Shown here one piece after another: positions 46,524-57,078 of a DNA stretch of 64,000 bases. The notes under the pieces are model-generated. The model was not told the DNA's origin and made no database searches. It saw only the letters and a program-made list of their open reading frames with translations. The stretch's first letter is position 1. The number at the start of each line of letters is the position of its first letter. Source of the stretch: an uncultured Bacilli bacterium (lineage in GTDB: Bacteria; Bacillota_I; Bacilli_A; RF39; UBA660); contig CAJUKM010000001.1 of NCBI GenBank assembly GCA_910587535.1, positions 17,496 through 81,495 of the forward strand. Reading direction: 5' to 3'. Made by a program: the position numbers and the translations under genes.

Positions 46524-47339
46524 TTACTTCACGCCTTTCAGATCGAGAAAAACTTTCTCTAATAAAAGCTCAAAGTTCATATTTCTCGTCAATTTATTAA
46601 ATATCGTATTAAAATATTTGGTTTTTTGTATAAGTGCTTCTGTAGTGTTATTTTTCTTAATCATTTCGATCAAGTTTTCATCTAATTCATATTTAGATTT
46701 AAAATTACAGGCTGTATTATAATAATCTTTTAATAAATTTTCAATATTTCTGGCATTTTCCTTTATATTTTTATCAGAATTCCTAGTAGTAACATATAGA
46801 TGATGATCCTTTTTTTCGAGTCCATTAATAAGTTTCGAGACTATTTCAAAGACATTATCTGGAATTGAGCAATCGCTCAATGATCTATAAATTAAAGATA
46901 CACTTTCACATCGGCTTTTAATCGTTGGTAAGATTAAATCTCTATTAGTAGTAATCAAAAAACCAATTACATTTTTGTTCGGTTCTTCTATAGTCTTCAA
47001 CAATTTATTAGCTGAAATTTCATTTATTCTCTCTGCAGGTAAGATTATATAAATCAAGTAATCACCAAGAACAGGTTTTGTTCTCAATCTAATTTGTAAT
47101 TCCATTATCTCATCTTTTTTGATGTCTTTAGCTTCGGATCTTATCGTTATAAGTTCTAGGTAATTATCTTCGTCGATCTGATTTCTAGTCACGTCGTCTT
47201 TAGCGACTAAGTCTTTTATAATCTCTTTTATGTCTAATAAAGATCTATCTAAATCATCTGTCTCCACTAAAAAAACGTGGGAATTTTTTTTCTCACTGAA
47301 TTCGTTTTTTAGTCTTTGCAATTCTCTTTCTGCTTCCAT
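46524..47339 (-). CDS. holB: DNA polymerase III subunit delta-prime (P-loop-less)
   Basis: LLKTIEEPNKNVIGFLITTNRDLILPTIKSRC. Walker A is absent, which is common for delta-prime. Confidence 0.75.
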   Translation of the reverse strand: MEAERELQRLKNEFSEKKNSHVFLVETDDLDRSLLDIKEIIKDLVAKDDVTRNQIDEDNYLELITIRSEAKDIKKDEIMELQIRLRTKPVLGDYLIYIILPAERINEISANKLLKTIEEPNKNVIGFLITTNRDLILPTIKSRCESVSLIYRSLSDCSIPDNVFEIVSKLINGLEKKDHHLYVTTRNSDKNIKENARNIENLLKDYYNTACNFKSKYELDENLIEMIKKNNTTEALIQKTKYFNTIFNKLTRNMNFELLLEKVFLDLKGVK

Positions 47340-47354
47340 AATACCTCTTATAGT

Positions 47355-47546
47355 TCAAAGTAACAATAATCCAACTAGTGCAAATAACCCAGGGAAGCCT
47401 AAAACGGCAATAGAGGAAATAGTATAGACATTTATTGGAATAAACAGCTTCATACTTTCCATAATTATGTTAAAACTGTAGAGTACTGCGAAAGCAAAGA
47501 CTAATCGTTTAAAAATGTAATAAATGTTTTTCATATCAATTAACAA
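47355..47546 (-). CDS. bofA: sigma-K processing regulatory protein BofA
   Basis: IPINVYTISSIAVLGFPGLFALVGLL matches the B. subtilis BofA C-terminal TM region (VPINLVTTAISGILGIPGIAALV). It is adjacent to recR as in Bacillus. The start is uncertain (TTG at 47546 or ATG at 47534). Confidence 0.7.
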   Translation of the reverse strand: MLIDMKNIYYIFKRLVFAFAVLYSFNIIMESMKLFIPINVYTISSIAVLGFPGLFALVGLLLL

Positions 47547-47565
47547 TATGAAAAAATTTTTTCTT

Positions 47566-48168
47566 TTATGCTACTTCTTTACGATCGTATAAAGCACGCT
47601 CTAAAGTTAAAATATCTAAATAGTCTATTTCAGCTCCCATAGGAATTCCATAAGAAAGTCTTGTTATTTTTATTTTTTCTTTATCCAATATCTTTTTTAG
47701 ATAAAGCGTCGTCGTGTCACCCTCTATAGTTGGTCTCAGTGCGATGATCACTTCGGCTTCAGTTAATTCTTTAGTTCTATTTATGAGTTTTGAAATGTTC
47801 AAATCGTCTGGATTGATACCATCTATAGGCGATATTAGTCCACCTAACACGTGATAAACTCCACTAAATTTGCCCGTCTTTTCAAACATAAATATACTTT
47901 TGTAATCTTCTACTACACATATTAAGTTATGATTTCTAGCGGAGTCTTCACAAATTTTACATATTTTTTGATCTGTTAGATGTCCACATATATCACATTT
48001 TTTAAGCGTACCTTCTATGTTTTCAATGGCAGACGCAAAATCTTTTAAATCGTCTCCTTCAAAATTGATAAGTGAAAGAGCATAACGTTCTGCTGTTTTT
48101 TCTCCTATACCAGGCAATTTCTTAAAGTATTCTATTAATGTCTCAAGAAGCTCTGGATAGATATTCAT
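47566..48168 (-). CDS. recR: recombination protein RecR
   Basis: C4 zinc finger (CDICGH...CKIC) and Toprim domain. Confidence 0.95.
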   Translation of the reverse strand: MNIYPELLETLIEYFKKLPGIGEKTAERYALSLINFEGDDLKDFASAIENIEGTLKKCDICGHLTDQKICKICEDSARNHNLICVVEDYKSIFMFEKTGKFSGVYHVLGGLISPIDGINPDDLNISKLINRTKELTEAEVIIALRPTIEGDTTTLYLKKILDKEKIKITRLSYGIPMGAEIDYLDILTLERALYDRKEVA

Positions 48169-48464
48169 CAGAATAATCCGCCCAACTGTTGACTATATGC
48201 CCCTAATTTCTTTTCTACTTCTTTATCGATGTTTGAAATACAGTCTCTCATTGCGATTGCGATCATATCGGCTAGCATTTCTCTTTCTTCATCTAGGTTT
48301 CCTTCATAAGTTATATCTACTTTTTCGATTTTTTTATTTCCCTTCATGGTAATGCTTACCCATTCTGATTTTCCTACAAAACTTGTATTGTAGATTTCTT
48401 CCTGTTTTTTTGTTATTTCTTTTTGCATTCTTTGTGCTTGTGCAACTAAATTTTGCATGTTCAT
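48168..48464 (-). CDS. ybaB: nucleoid-associated protein YbaB/EbfC
   Basis: 98 aa of the YbaB family, located between dnaX and recR. Confidence 0.9.
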   Translation of the reverse strand: MNMQNLVAQAQRMQKEITKKQEEIYNTSFVGKSEWVSITMKGNKKIEKVDITYEGNLDEEREMLADMIAIAMRDCISNIDKEVEKKLGAYSQQLGGLF

Positions 48465-48476
48465 ATGTATTTCCTC

Positions 48477-50039
48477 CTAAGATATTTCGACGATTTTTTC
48501 TGAAAATAAATCGTTCATTTTTTCTTTAATTTTTTTGCTTTCGTCGCTTTTTTGCGGTTCTTCAATAAGTTTGTATTCTCTTTTATGTTTTAAATTATCT
48601 TTAAATTTTTCTCTCTCTTGAGCCCATTCTTCTACAGTTAATGCGACAACTTTAATATTTTTTTTCTTCTTTTTAATAATCTTTTCAATTTCCTCACATT
48701 TCATATTAAAGAGGTGGGCTAGTGAGCTTTCATCAGTAGTAAATATAGTATATTCATTAGAAGAAGCTACAGGCATATAGTCTTTTGGATCTATAGAGCT
48801 TAGTTTTTTTGAATCTATCTCCTCCCAAATGGTCGTGAGTTCCTTAAGCGATTCTTTATTAACCCCTACAAAGCAATTATTTACTCGTATTTGCTTTATT
48901 GAGGTAACTTCTACATTGGATTGTGTTGAAAATTCTACTTCTTTACTTTCTTCTCGAATTTTTTCCGCTTTGAGTTGACTTTTTTGATCGCTTTTTGGTA
49001 CTTCTTTTGGAATATTTATAAGCTCTAAAAAGCACAGTTTGATAATTGTAAAGACATTTTCATTTATTCTAGCATCTATATAGCATTTATTTAGATTCTC
49101 TATCAAATTTTTAATAGTTTTAAAGTCCATTTCTCTTTCTTTACCGAGCTTAATGTCTATAGCTTTTTTTTCTAAATAGTTTATCATTTTTTTTAGTAAT
49201 TTTTGGGCGTTCATGCTGGAGTCTTCCAGATTTTCTAAGAATGTAATTACTCCCTCTACGTCTCCTGAAAGAGCACATTTTAACAACCCTTTGATAGTTT
49301 CGTTTGAAACGATATTATAACTTGTCAACACTGACTCTAAGGTCAACTTTTTTTCACTTTTAGCGATTTGATCAAGTATGCTTAGCGCATCTCTCAAACA
49401 ACCTTCGCTAAGGCTGTATATTTCATAAAGTGCATCTTTGTCGTAATCTATTTGCTCTTTTTGACATACGTCTTCGAGGTGAGAAACTAGCTCATCTTTG
49501 CTAACCTTTTTAAAATCGTATCTTTGGCATCTAGATAGTATAGTTATTGGTACTTTATATACTTCTGTTGTTGCCAATATAAATATTGCATGATTTGGAG
49601 GCTCTTCTAGGGTTTTTAGTAACGCATTGAAGGCTCCCGGTGAAAGCATATGTACTTCATCTATGATATACACCTTATATTTAGATGCAGCTGGTGCTAA
49701 AGTTATGTTGCTTCTTAGCTCTCTGATCTCATCTACTCCATTATTAGAAGCAGCATCGATCTCTATAATATCCGGTGTCGTAGAAAAGTTTTTGCAGTTA
49801 TCGCATTCTCCACAAGCTTCACCGTCCACTGGGTTCGTGCAGTTTATTGCTTTTGCCAATACTTTCGCAGTAGATGTTTTTCCTGTACCTCTAGGACCTG
49901 TAAAGATGTAGGCATGTGAAAAAGAAACATTTTTTACACACCTTTTTAGATTGTCGATGATTACGTTTTGACCGATAATTTCTTTAAATGTTTTAGGTCT
50001 ATATTTACGGTATAAAACTTTGTAAGCCATAGTAATCAT
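48477..50039 (-). CDS. dnaX: DNA polymerase III subunits gamma/tau
   Basis: GPRGTGKTS Walker A and a zinc module (CGECDNC). Confidence 0.95.
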   Translation of the reverse strand: MITMAYKVLYRKYRPKTFKEIIGQNVIIDNLKRCVKNVSFSHAYIFTGPRGTGKTSTAKVLAKAINCTNPVDGEACGECDNCKNFSTTPDIIEIDAASNNGVDEIRELRSNITLAPAASKYKVYIIDEVHMLSPGAFNALLKTLEEPPNHAIFILATTEVYKVPITILSRCQRYDFKKVSKDELVSHLEDVCQKEQIDYDKDALYEIYSLSEGCLRDALSILDQIAKSEKKLTLESVLTSYNIVSNETIKGLLKCALSGDVEGVITFLENLEDSSMNAQKLLKKMINYLEKKAIDIKLGKEREMDFKTIKNLIENLNKCYIDARINENVFTIIKLCFLELINIPKEVPKSDQKSQLKAEKIREESKEVEFSTQSNVEVTSIKQIRVNNCFVGVNKESLKELTTIWEEIDSKKLSSIDPKDYMPVASSNEYTIFTTDESSLAHLFNMKCEEIEKIIKKKKKNIKVVALTVEEWAQEREKFKDNLKHKREYKLIEEPQKSDESKKIKEKMNDLFSEKIVEIS

Positions 50040-50075
50040 CTCCTATTTAATTATAGCAAATGCGACATATTAAAT

Positions 50076-50495
50076 CTAGCGTTTGTTATCAAAAAAGTGT
50101 GTAATGTCAGAACGATATTTATCGACACGTTCATCTCGTAATTCGAATTGTTCAAAAATTGTACATTTGTATTGTTTTTTGAATTTATATCTAGGAATTA
50201 TATAGAATATTTTTTTAAGCCTAGCCTCTTTTAATACCGCCTTACACATATCGCAAGGTTCTAAAGTTACAACCATACATTTGTTCTCTAAATTCCAATT
50301 TTTCAACTTTTTATTAGCTTTTTCCACAGCTATAATTTCTGCATGATCAGTAGTCTTTTTTGTTCTGTTGCGTTTATTATATCCCGTACTTATTATACCA
50401 TTAGAATCATATATTATTGCACTAACAGGAAACTCGTTTTCCACAAGAGATCTTTTAGCTAACTTAAAAAGAGTTTTCAACATTTTTTCATCCAT
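50076..50495 (-). CDS. tadA: tRNA-specific adenosine deaminase TadA
   Basis: HAEIIA...PCDMC zinc motifs. The ATG at 50495 has GGAGG 7 nt upstream. The ORF call extends to 50600. Confidence 0.88.
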   Translation of the reverse strand: MDEKMLKTLFKLAKRSLVENEFPVSAIIYDSNGIISTGYNKRNRTKKTTDHAEIIAVEKANKKLKNWNLENKCMVVTLEPCDMCKAVLKEARLKKIFYIIPRYKFKKQYKCTIFEQFELRDERVDKYRSDITHFFDNKR

Positions 50496-50505
50496 ATATT
50501 CCTCC

Positions 50506-50584
50506 AAAAAAAAGCACACACGAATATTGATCTTATGGCTGCTATCTTCCGATTCTGACCAGATTCGATAATTGTTCGTTGTGC
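50506..50584 (-). ncRNA. ffs: signal recognition particle RNA (small 4.5S-type), relocated upstream of tadA
   Basis: The minus-strand RNA GUGCACAACGAAC...CUGGUCAGAAUCGGAAGAUAGCAGCCAUAAG...UUCGUGUGUGC-U8 forms a long hairpin. Its apical region matches the SRP domain IV consensus (GGUCAG..CGGAAG..AGCAGCC with a GGAA tetraloop). A TTGCAA-17-TAATAT (TGn) promoter sits at 50591-50619 and a U8 terminator abuts the tadA RBS. Confidence 0.6.
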
Positions 50585-50590
50585 ACATAT

Positions 50591-50619
50591 ATATTATCAT
50601 TTTAGTTGGTGTTTTGCAA
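50591..50619 (-). promoter_or_regulatory. sigma-A promoter (TTGCAA-17-TGaTAATAT) driving ffs
   Basis: -35 at 50614-50619 and -10 revcomp at 50591-50596 with an extended TG. Confidence 0.55.
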
Positions 50620-50645
50620 CTATATAATTATTTCCCGGGAAATAA

Positions 50646-50661
50646 TGTTTCACGTGGAACA
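50646..50661. promoter_or_regulatory. parS site 1
   Basis: TGTTTCACGTGGAACA, 15 of 16 matches to the consensus TGTTNCACGTGAAACA. Confidence 0.8.
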
Positions 50662-50758
50662 TCATTTGCATGAAGAATAGTATTTCCTCATATTTATTAA
50701 TAATATTATGAGAGTTATACTCTTTTTTGTTTTAAATTACTAAAATTATAGTCATCAA

Positions 50759-50774
50759 TGTTTCACGTGGAACA
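50759..50774. promoter_or_regulatory. parS site 2
   Basis: TGTTTCACGTGGAACA. Confidence 0.8.
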
Positions 50775-50953
50775 TTAAATGTGAAAGCGATTAAACTTTT
50801 TAAAGAAATCGCACCTATAAATAATCTATGGTTATCAATTATAACTTAAACTTTAACAATTTTATATACAAGAACATTTTGATTTAATTATCATTATTAT
50901 TACGTGATTACAATTATTTAATTAATACTTTTAAAAATACGCACATCGTACAA

Positions 50954-50969
50954 TGTTTCACGTGAAACA
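50954..50969. promoter_or_regulatory. parS site 3 (perfect palindrome)
   Basis: TGTTTCACGTGAAACA. Confidence 0.85.
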
Positions 50970-51210
50970 TTTATGGTGGAAAAACTATCAATTTTATCAA
51001 ATTAAAGAAGAAGAGCATTTTTTCTGTTTTAAAAAACCACATTATATCAGACAATTAACAATTTATTTATCTTATTCTTTAAATTTCTAGTTATTTATTA
51101 ACAGAAATTATTTTTTTTGTACAATTTATTACGTATTTGTAAGTCTATATATGTTTTTTACCAAGAAGTCCGGTAAGCAATCATTAATTACGTAAAACTG
51201 TTGTAGCGAA

Positions 51211-51226
51211 TGTTCCACGTGAAACA
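51211..51226. promoter_or_regulatory. parS site 4 (exact Bacillus consensus)
   Basis: TGTTCCACGTGAAACA. Confidence 0.85.
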
Positions 51227-51314
51227 TTGTCTGCGAAAAAAATAAACTTTATATTCATAAATTGGTATTACTTTTAAATAGGGTAGGGAATACTTTTTTA
51301 TTATTTTAATTATA

Positions 51315-51330
51315 TGTTTCACGTGGAACA
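51315..51330. promoter_or_regulatory. parS site 5
   Basis: TGTTTCACGTGGAACA. Confidence 0.8.
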
Positions 51331-51340
51331 TTATTTCCCG

Positions 51341-51378
51341 GGAAATAAAAAAAGGCTATTCGGTTGAATTGCCTTTTT
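51341..51378 (-). terminator. intrinsic terminator of gyrA (hairpin overlapping stop codon)
   Basis: Minus-strand GGCAAUUC-AACC-GAAUAGCC followed by UUUUUUUAUUU. Confidence 0.55.
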
Positions 51379-53920
51379 CTTCCACAACTTCTTTATCTGA
51401 GTTTTCCACAGTTTTTTCTTCTATAGTAGAATCATTGTCTTCGATTTTATCTTTTTCCACAATACTTATAGATGAAACTATTTGATTCTCTTTTAAATTG
51501 ATCAATCTTACTCCTTGAGCATTTCTACTCAGCTGTGAGATGTTAGCTGTTTCTAGTCTTATGACCATACCGGAATCCGTGATAATAACTATGTCTTTTT
51601 CATCATCTACTAATTTAAATGATACGATACTTCCGTTTTTGTCAGTTACATTTAGAGCTTTTACTCCCTTGCTTCCACGCTTAGTTTCTCTAAATTCACG
51701 AACAAATGTTCTTTTTCCATATCCTTTTTGAGTTACTATTAATAGGTTTGCTTCAAGATCACATACTTCTGCACATATACACGTTCCATCAGGCATATTT
51801 ATTCCTCTGACTCCTGAGGCTGTTCTTCCCATTATGCGTACTTCGTCTTCATCGAATAATACTGTACGTCCGTTCGTAGATCCTAATAGAACCTTATTAT
51901 TTCCTGTAGTTTTTTTGACTTCGATCAATTCGTCATCATCTTTAAGAGTAATACTTATTTTTCCTGTCTGACGAATATTGGCGAAGTCTTCTATTGCTGT
52001 TCTTTTTACTATTCCTTTTTTAGTAGCGAATAATAAATATTTGTATTCTTCGTCATCATTAGATATTTTTATAATCGAACTAACTGTTTCTTCCTTTTCA
52101 ATGTGTAACAAATTAATAATAGGTAGTCCCTTAGATTGTCTTGCAAATTCTGGAATTTCATATCCTTTAAGTCTATATACCTTGCCTTTATTAGTAAAGA
52201 ACAATATGTAATCATGGGTTGATACGTTTATCATCAGTTTTACGTTATCTTCTTCGTTTGTACTCATTCCTTTGATTCCAACGCCACCACGATTCTGAAT
52301 TTTGTAGGTATTAGCTGCTAATCTTTTAATATAGCCTTTTTCTGTGACGGTAATGATGCTATTTTCTTCTGGTATGAGCGATTCATCTTCTATAAAGTCT
52401 ATAGCTGTCATATCTATCTTTGTTCTTCTCTCATCACCGTATTTTTCTTTAATTTCTGTCATCTCTTTTTTAATTATGTCTAAAACTTTTTGTTCGCTTG
52501 CTAGAATTGATTTTAATTCTTCAATAAGTTTTAACAGATTTGCCAGTTCTTCTTCGATTTTGCTTCTTTCTAATCCAGTCAATCTGCGCAATTTTAATTC
52601 TAGTATACTATCAGCCTGAATTTCAGAGAAGCCAAATCTACTTATCAATCTCTCTTTGGCTATGACATCACTTTCTGCTTCTTTTATAATCTTTATGACT
52701 TCATCGATATTATCTAAGGCTATTTTGTATCCCTCTAAGATATGGACTCTCTTTTCTGCTTTTTCTAATTCAAAGCGAGTTCTTCTTACGATAACTTCCT
52801 TCTGATGATCGATGTATTTGCTGATAATTTCTTTTAAAGTCAGGGTTTTAGGTACACCCATGTCCAACATTATAAACAATATTCCATAAGTAGTTTGAAA
52901 ATCGGTATGTTTGTATAAGTTATTTAGTACTACTTGAGGATTAGCATCTCTTTTTAGAGTTATAGTAATTTTTAGACCATTTTTTAAGTCAGTGTGATAG
53001 TCTGAGATTCCTTCTATCACCTTATTATGAACGAGATCTGCGACTTTTTCTTTTAGTGATAACGTATTAGTACCATAAGGAACTTCATCTATTATTATAT
53101 AATTCCTGCCATGTTTTTCTTCAATGATAGCATTACTTCTTATAGTAATAGATCCACGTCCTGTTTCATAGGCCTTTTTAATACCACTGTTTCCTAATAT
53201 TATTCCACCAGTAGGGAAATCCGGACCTTTTATATACTGCATTAAACCTAAAGTGTCTATTTCTGGATTATCTATGTACGCAATACAACCATCTATTACT
53301 TCTTTTAAATTATGTGGCGGAATATTTGTAGCCATTCCTACGGCAATTCCTGTCGTTCCATTGACTAAAACGTTAGGAAATCTTGATGGTAATACATCTG
53401 GTTCTTTTTCTAATCCATCGAAGTTTGGCGAAAAATTAACAGTATTTTTATTGATATCACGTATCATTTCTAGTGATATCTTAGCCATTCTAGATTCTGT
53501 ATAACGATATGCTGCTGCACTGTCTCCATTTATATTTCCGAAGTTTCCGTGTCCATCTACTAACATGTATCTAAGACTGAAATCTTGGGCCATTCTTACC
53601 ATGGCATCGTAAATAGATGAGTCCCCATGTGGATGGTATTTACCGATAACATCTCCGATAATACGTGCACATTTTTTATGTGGTTTGTCTGGTGTATATC
53701 CCGATTCATACATAGAGTATAGAATTCTTCTATGTACTGGTTTTAGTCCATCTCGAAGATCTGGCAAGGCTCTAGCAGTGATAACACTCAAAGAATATTC
53801 TATGAACGAGTCTTCTATTTCTTTAACTATATCATTATGCTGTACTTTATCTTTTTCTGTCATTTCGACTGTAGTTTCTTCAACTTCTTCAATTTTTTCT
53901 ATTTTTTTATCTTCATCCAT
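51356..53920 (-). CDS. gyrA: DNA gyrase subunit A
   Basis: 854 aa with the active-site region (AAAYRYTE) and a C-terminal beta-pinwheel. Confidence 0.97.
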   Translation of the reverse strand: MDEDKKIEKIEEVEETTVEMTEKDKVQHNDIVKEIEDSFIEYSLSVITARALPDLRDGLKPVHRRILYSMYESGYTPDKPHKKCARIIGDVIGKYHPHGDSSIYDAMVRMAQDFSLRYMLVDGHGNFGNINGDSAAAYRYTESRMAKISLEMIRDINKNTVNFSPNFDGLEKEPDVLPSRFPNVLVNGTTGIAVGMATNIPPHNLKEVIDGCIAYIDNPEIDTLGLMQYIKGPDFPTGGIILGNSGIKKAYETGRGSITIRSNAIIEEKHGRNYIIIDEVPYGTNTLSLKEKVADLVHNKVIEGISDYHTDLKNGLKITITLKRDANPQVVLNNLYKHTDFQTTYGILFIMLDMGVPKTLTLKEIISKYIDHQKEVIVRRTRFELEKAEKRVHILEGYKIALDNIDEVIKIIKEAESDVIAKERLISRFGFSEIQADSILELKLRRLTGLERSKIEEELANLLKLIEELKSILASEQKVLDIIKKEMTEIKEKYGDERRTKIDMTAIDFIEDESLIPEENSIITVTEKGYIKRLAANTYKIQNRGGVGIKGMSTNEEDNVKLMINVSTHDYILFFTNKGKVYRLKGYEIPEFARQSKGLPIINLLHIEKEETVSSIIKISNDDEEYKYLLFATKKGIVKRTAIEDFANIRQTGKISITLKDDDELIEVKKTTGNNKVLLGSTNGRTVLFDEDEVRIMGRTASGVRGINMPDGTCICAEVCDLEANLLIVTQKGYGKRTFVREFRETKRGSKGVKALNVTDKNGSIVSFKLVDDEKDIVIITDSGMVIRLETANISQLSRNAQGVRLINLKENQIVSSISIVEKDKIEDNDSTIEEKTVENSDKEVVEEKGNSTE

Positions 53921-53931
53921 GATTTTACCTC

Positions 53932-55866
53932 CTATCCTATAGTATCTATATTAGTGGCATATGGGGCTTTCTCCTCGATAAATTTTCTTCGAGGTTCAAC
54001 TTCTTCACCCATTATCTTACTAAATGCGGCATCAGCGCTCATCGCGTCATTTACGGTTATTTTTTTCAATATTCTTGTCTCGATGTTCATAGTAGTTTCG
54101 TCTAATTCATGAGGGTCCATTTCTCCGAGACCTTTCATTCTGGTTATTTCCGTTTTTACATTTTCCGGAAGAGATTTTAAATATTCATCTTTTTCTGGCT
54201 CTGTTAAGACATATTTAATTGTTTTCCCGTGTTTTATACAAAAAAGTGGTGGTTGAGCTGCGTAGACATGTCCTGCTTCAACAATAGGCCTAAAGAATCT
54301 ATAGAAAAGTGTTAAAAGCAGTACTCTTATGTGTGCTCCATCGACATCGGCATCGGTCATGATGATTATTTTATCGTATCTCAACTTATTGAGGTCGAAT
54401 TCTTCACCTATACCAGTTCCGAATGCTGTTATGATAGTTCTTATTTCATCATTCGATAGTGCTTTATCCAAACGAGCTTTTTCTACGTTCAATATTTTTC
54501 CCTTTAGTGGAAGTATTGCTTGAGTCATACTATCTCTACATTTTAGAGCTGATCCTCCTGCTGAATCTCCCTCGACTAGGAATATTTCACAGATGCTTGG
54601 GTCTTTTTCTTTACAATCCTGCAATTTTCCACCGAAAGGAACAACGTCTAGATCTCCCTTTCTATGGGCGATTTCTCTCGCCTTTTTAGCGGCAATTCTC
54701 GCTCTAGCAGCCATTAAACATTTATCAATTATCTCTTTAGCATCGCTAGGATTTTCCATTAAGAAACGTTCAAATCCTGAACTGAAGACGTCGTCAGCTA
54801 TTTTTCTTACCTCTGCATTACCCAATTTTGTTTTAGTTTGTCCTTCAAACTGAGGATCTGGATGCTTACAAGAGATTATCATTGTGAGACCTTCTCTTAC
54901 ATCATCACCACTAAGCGGATCGTCACTTTCCTTTAAAAGCTTGTTATTTTTAGCATAATTGTTGATTATACGTGTTAGTGCTCTTTTTACGCCGTCTTCA
55001 TGTGTTCCACCCTCGTAAGTCTTAATGTTATTCGTATAAGAGTAAATTGAAGGACTATAAGAACTGTTATATTGCATGGCTACTTCCAAAGATATATCAT
55101 TTTCTACTCCTTCAAAATAGACGATATCTTCGTGGATAGCCGTTTTATTTTTATTTAATAACCTTACGTATTCGATTATTCCTCCATTATATAGAAATTC
55201 CTCTTTCTTTATTTCAGATCCTCTAGTATCAGAAAGAATAATTCTCAGACCTTTATTTAAGAATGCCAATTCCTGTAATCTTTCATGTAAGATATCATAC
55301 TTATATTCGGTAGTTTCAGTAAAGATAGTCGCGTCTGGTTTAAATTTTACAGTTGTTCCGGTTCGATTTTCATCACATTTGTCGATTACTTTCATCGGTT
55401 CGACAGGTTTTCCACCGTTTTCAAACCTTTGATAATGGACTTCTCCGTGTTGATATACGTATACTTCTAGCCATTCTGATAAAGCATTTACAACACTGGC
55501 ACCGACACCGTGTAATCCTCCAGATACCTTGTATCCTCCGCCTCCAAACTTTCCGCCGGCGTGTAGCACTGTGAATATCGTTTCGATTGTCGACAATCCA
55601 GTCTTTGCATTCATTCCGGTTGGCATTCCACGACCGTCATCCTTGACAGTTATGCTATTATCTTTTTCGACAATGATTTCTATATCGTCACAATAACCTG
55701 CTAAAGCTTCGTCTACGGAGTTGTCCACTATTTCCCATACTAAATGGTGTAATCCTCTTTCGCTAGTCGTTCCTATATACATTCCTGGGCGTTTTCTGAC
55801 GGCTTCAAGACCTTCTAAAACCTGAATATCACTATCAGAATATTCTTGATTATTTTTCTCATTCAT
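53932..55866 (-). CDS. gyrB: DNA gyrase subunit B
   Basis: GHKL ATPase, Toprim and EGDSAGG motifs. Confidence 0.97.
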   Translation of the reverse strand: MNEKNNQEYSDSDIQVLEGLEAVRKRPGMYIGTTSERGLHHLVWEIVDNSVDEALAGYCDDIEIIVEKDNSITVKDDGRGMPTGMNAKTGLSTIETIFTVLHAGGKFGGGGYKVSGGLHGVGASVVNALSEWLEVYVYQHGEVHYQRFENGGKPVEPMKVIDKCDENRTGTTVKFKPDATIFTETTEYKYDILHERLQELAFLNKGLRIILSDTRGSEIKKEEFLYNGGIIEYVRLLNKNKTAIHEDIVYFEGVENDISLEVAMQYNSSYSPSIYSYTNNIKTYEGGTHEDGVKRALTRIINNYAKNNKLLKESDDPLSGDDVREGLTMIISCKHPDPQFEGQTKTKLGNAEVRKIADDVFSSGFERFLMENPSDAKEIIDKCLMAARARIAAKKAREIAHRKGDLDVVPFGGKLQDCKEKDPSICEIFLVEGDSAGGSALKCRDSMTQAILPLKGKILNVEKARLDKALSNDEIRTIITAFGTGIGEEFDLNKLRYDKIIIMTDADVDGAHIRVLLLTLFYRFFRPIVEAGHVYAAQPPLFCIKHGKTIKYVLTEPEKDEYLKSLPENVKTEITRMKGLGEMDPHELDETTMNIETRILKKITVNDAMSADAAFSKIMGEEVEPRRKFIEEKAPYATNIDTIG

Positions 55867-56956
55867 ACTCTCTTTTCACCACTTTCTCATTTTTAACACT
55901 AAAAACTGTGCAATTATTCAGTATTTTGGTGTTTATGTTTTTTAAATCGGTCGTCGTTATAAAAATTTGTAAGTTTTTATTCAATTTCTTTAAGATATTA
56001 TTTATTTTTTTCCCATCTAATTCGCTGAATAAGTCATCTAAGATCAAAATTGGATATATTCCTCTATCTTTGATAAAAAGTTCAATTTCAGCGAGTTTAA
56101 AGCACACTATGGCGTTCTTTTGTTCTCCTTCAGATCCATAATCTTTTAAATTATTTCCTTTTAGAGAAAATATAAAATCGTCATGATGAATTCCGATGTT
56201 AGTTTTTCCTATAACAATATCTTTATCTAAATAAGACTTATATTTTGCCATAAGTTCTTCTTTAGTTTTATTTTTATAGGAACTCACATACAAGACTTTG
56301 AGACCTTTTTTTCTCGTTATATCGACATTAATCTTGTCATAATACTTATTGATGTCGTCGATGAATTTCTGTCTATAGTTAGCTATTTTCATACCGATTT
56401 CGATAAGTTTTTCAGTCAAAATCCAGAGATAATCTGGACTAGCTAGTTTATTAACATACATCAATTTTAAAAAGGCATTTCTCTGTTTTAAAGTTTTATT
56501 ATATTCGTTTAATAAATGAAGATATCCATTTTCCATTTGTGAGATCTCGATGTTTATCATATTTCTTCGACTCATCGGCGAATCTTTTATGACGTTCGTA
56601 TGTTCTGGTGTGAAAAGTACGACATTTATCTTAGAAATATAATTGCTAAGTTTGGCAATTTTGTTGTTGTCTATTTTGACAATTTTTCCATTATCGGAAA
56701 GATCTACTTTGTATTTGTGCTTTATCCTATCTTTAACTGAACCTTCGATACTCATCTCTTTTTTACCATTTTTAATGAGTATTTTATCGAGACTTCCTCT
56801 AAAAGATTTGGTTATTGCTAGGACATATATAGCTTCTACTATGTTCGTCTTTCCCGACCCATTTTCTCCAATTATGATATTCTGCTTTTTAGAAAATTCT
56901 AAAGTTAAGTTTTCATAATTTCTAAAATTGTATAGTTTCAAGTTGCTGATTTTCAT
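55859..56956 (-). CDS. recF: DNA replication/repair protein RecF
   Basis: Walker A (GENGSGKTN) and an SMC-like signature. Confidence 0.93.
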   Translation of the reverse strand: MKISNLKLYNFRNYENLTLEFSKKQNIIIGENGSGKTNIVEAIYVLAITKSFRGSLDKILIKNGKKEMSIEGSVKDRIKHKYKVDLSDNGKIVKIDNNKIAKLSNYISKINVVLFTPEHTNVIKDSPMSRRNMINIEISQMENGYLHLLNEYNKTLKQRNAFLKLMYVNKLASPDYLWILTEKLIEIGMKIANYRQKFIDDINKYYDKINVDITRKKGLKVLYVSSYKNKTKEELMAKYKSYLDKDIVIGKTNIGIHHDDFIFSLKGNNLKDYGSEGEQKNAIVCFKLAEIELFIKDRGIYPILILDDLFSELDGKKINNILKKLNKNLQIFITTTDLKNINTKILNNCTVFSVKNEKVVKREYE

Positions 56957-56984
56957 AAATTGCCACCTTAAAGCTTGAATAATA

Positions 56985-57030
56985 AATTTACTAGGTATGG
57001 ACGATCCTCTATACCTAGTAATAATTATAC
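56985..57030 (-). terminator. hairpin downstream of comK-like gene (9-bp stem ACTAGGTAT/ATACCTAGT)
   Basis: Perfect 9-bp stem with a 12-nt loop; the U tract is modest. Confidence 0.4.
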
Positions 57031-57078
57031 CATAAAAATGGCCACTTTTAAAAGATTTTTTAAGATTTTAGTCGAAAA

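Larger units (their letters stand above)
50623..51348. repeat. parS (ParB-binding) array: five 16-bp parS sites in ~700 bp, bracketed by inverted 12-bp palindromes TTTCCCGGGAAA (33-bp near-perfect terminal inverted repeats)
   Basis: parS1 50646-50661 TGTTTCACGTGGAACA. parS2 50759-50774, same sequence. parS3 50954-50969 TGTTTCACGTGAAACA, a perfect palindrome. parS4 51211-51226 TGTTCCACGTGAAACA, equal to the B. subtilis consensus. parS5 51315-51330. The TTTCCCGGGAAA palindromes lie at 50631-50642 and 51334-51345. Confidence 0.85.

Noticed and set aside
46524-47339. holB as a possible pseudogene, because Walker A is missing.
   Set aside because: Delta-prime subunits commonly lack a functional P-loop. 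The ORF is intact and the clamp-loader sensor motifs (TIKSRC) are present.
50623-51348. Possible CRISPR array, because of regularly recurring ~18-bp palindromic repeats.
   Set aside because: The repeats are parS sites: palindromic, 16 bp, matching the ParB operator. The spacers are irregular (88-241 bp) rather than ~30 bp. There are no cas genes in the window.
50623-51348. Interpretation of the inverted-repeat-bounded block as an autonomous transposon or IS.
   Set aside because: There is no transposase ORF and no evident target-site duplication (TATAATTA on the left, TAAAAAAA on the right). It is retained only as a MITE-like or acquired-cassette hypothesis within the parS finding.
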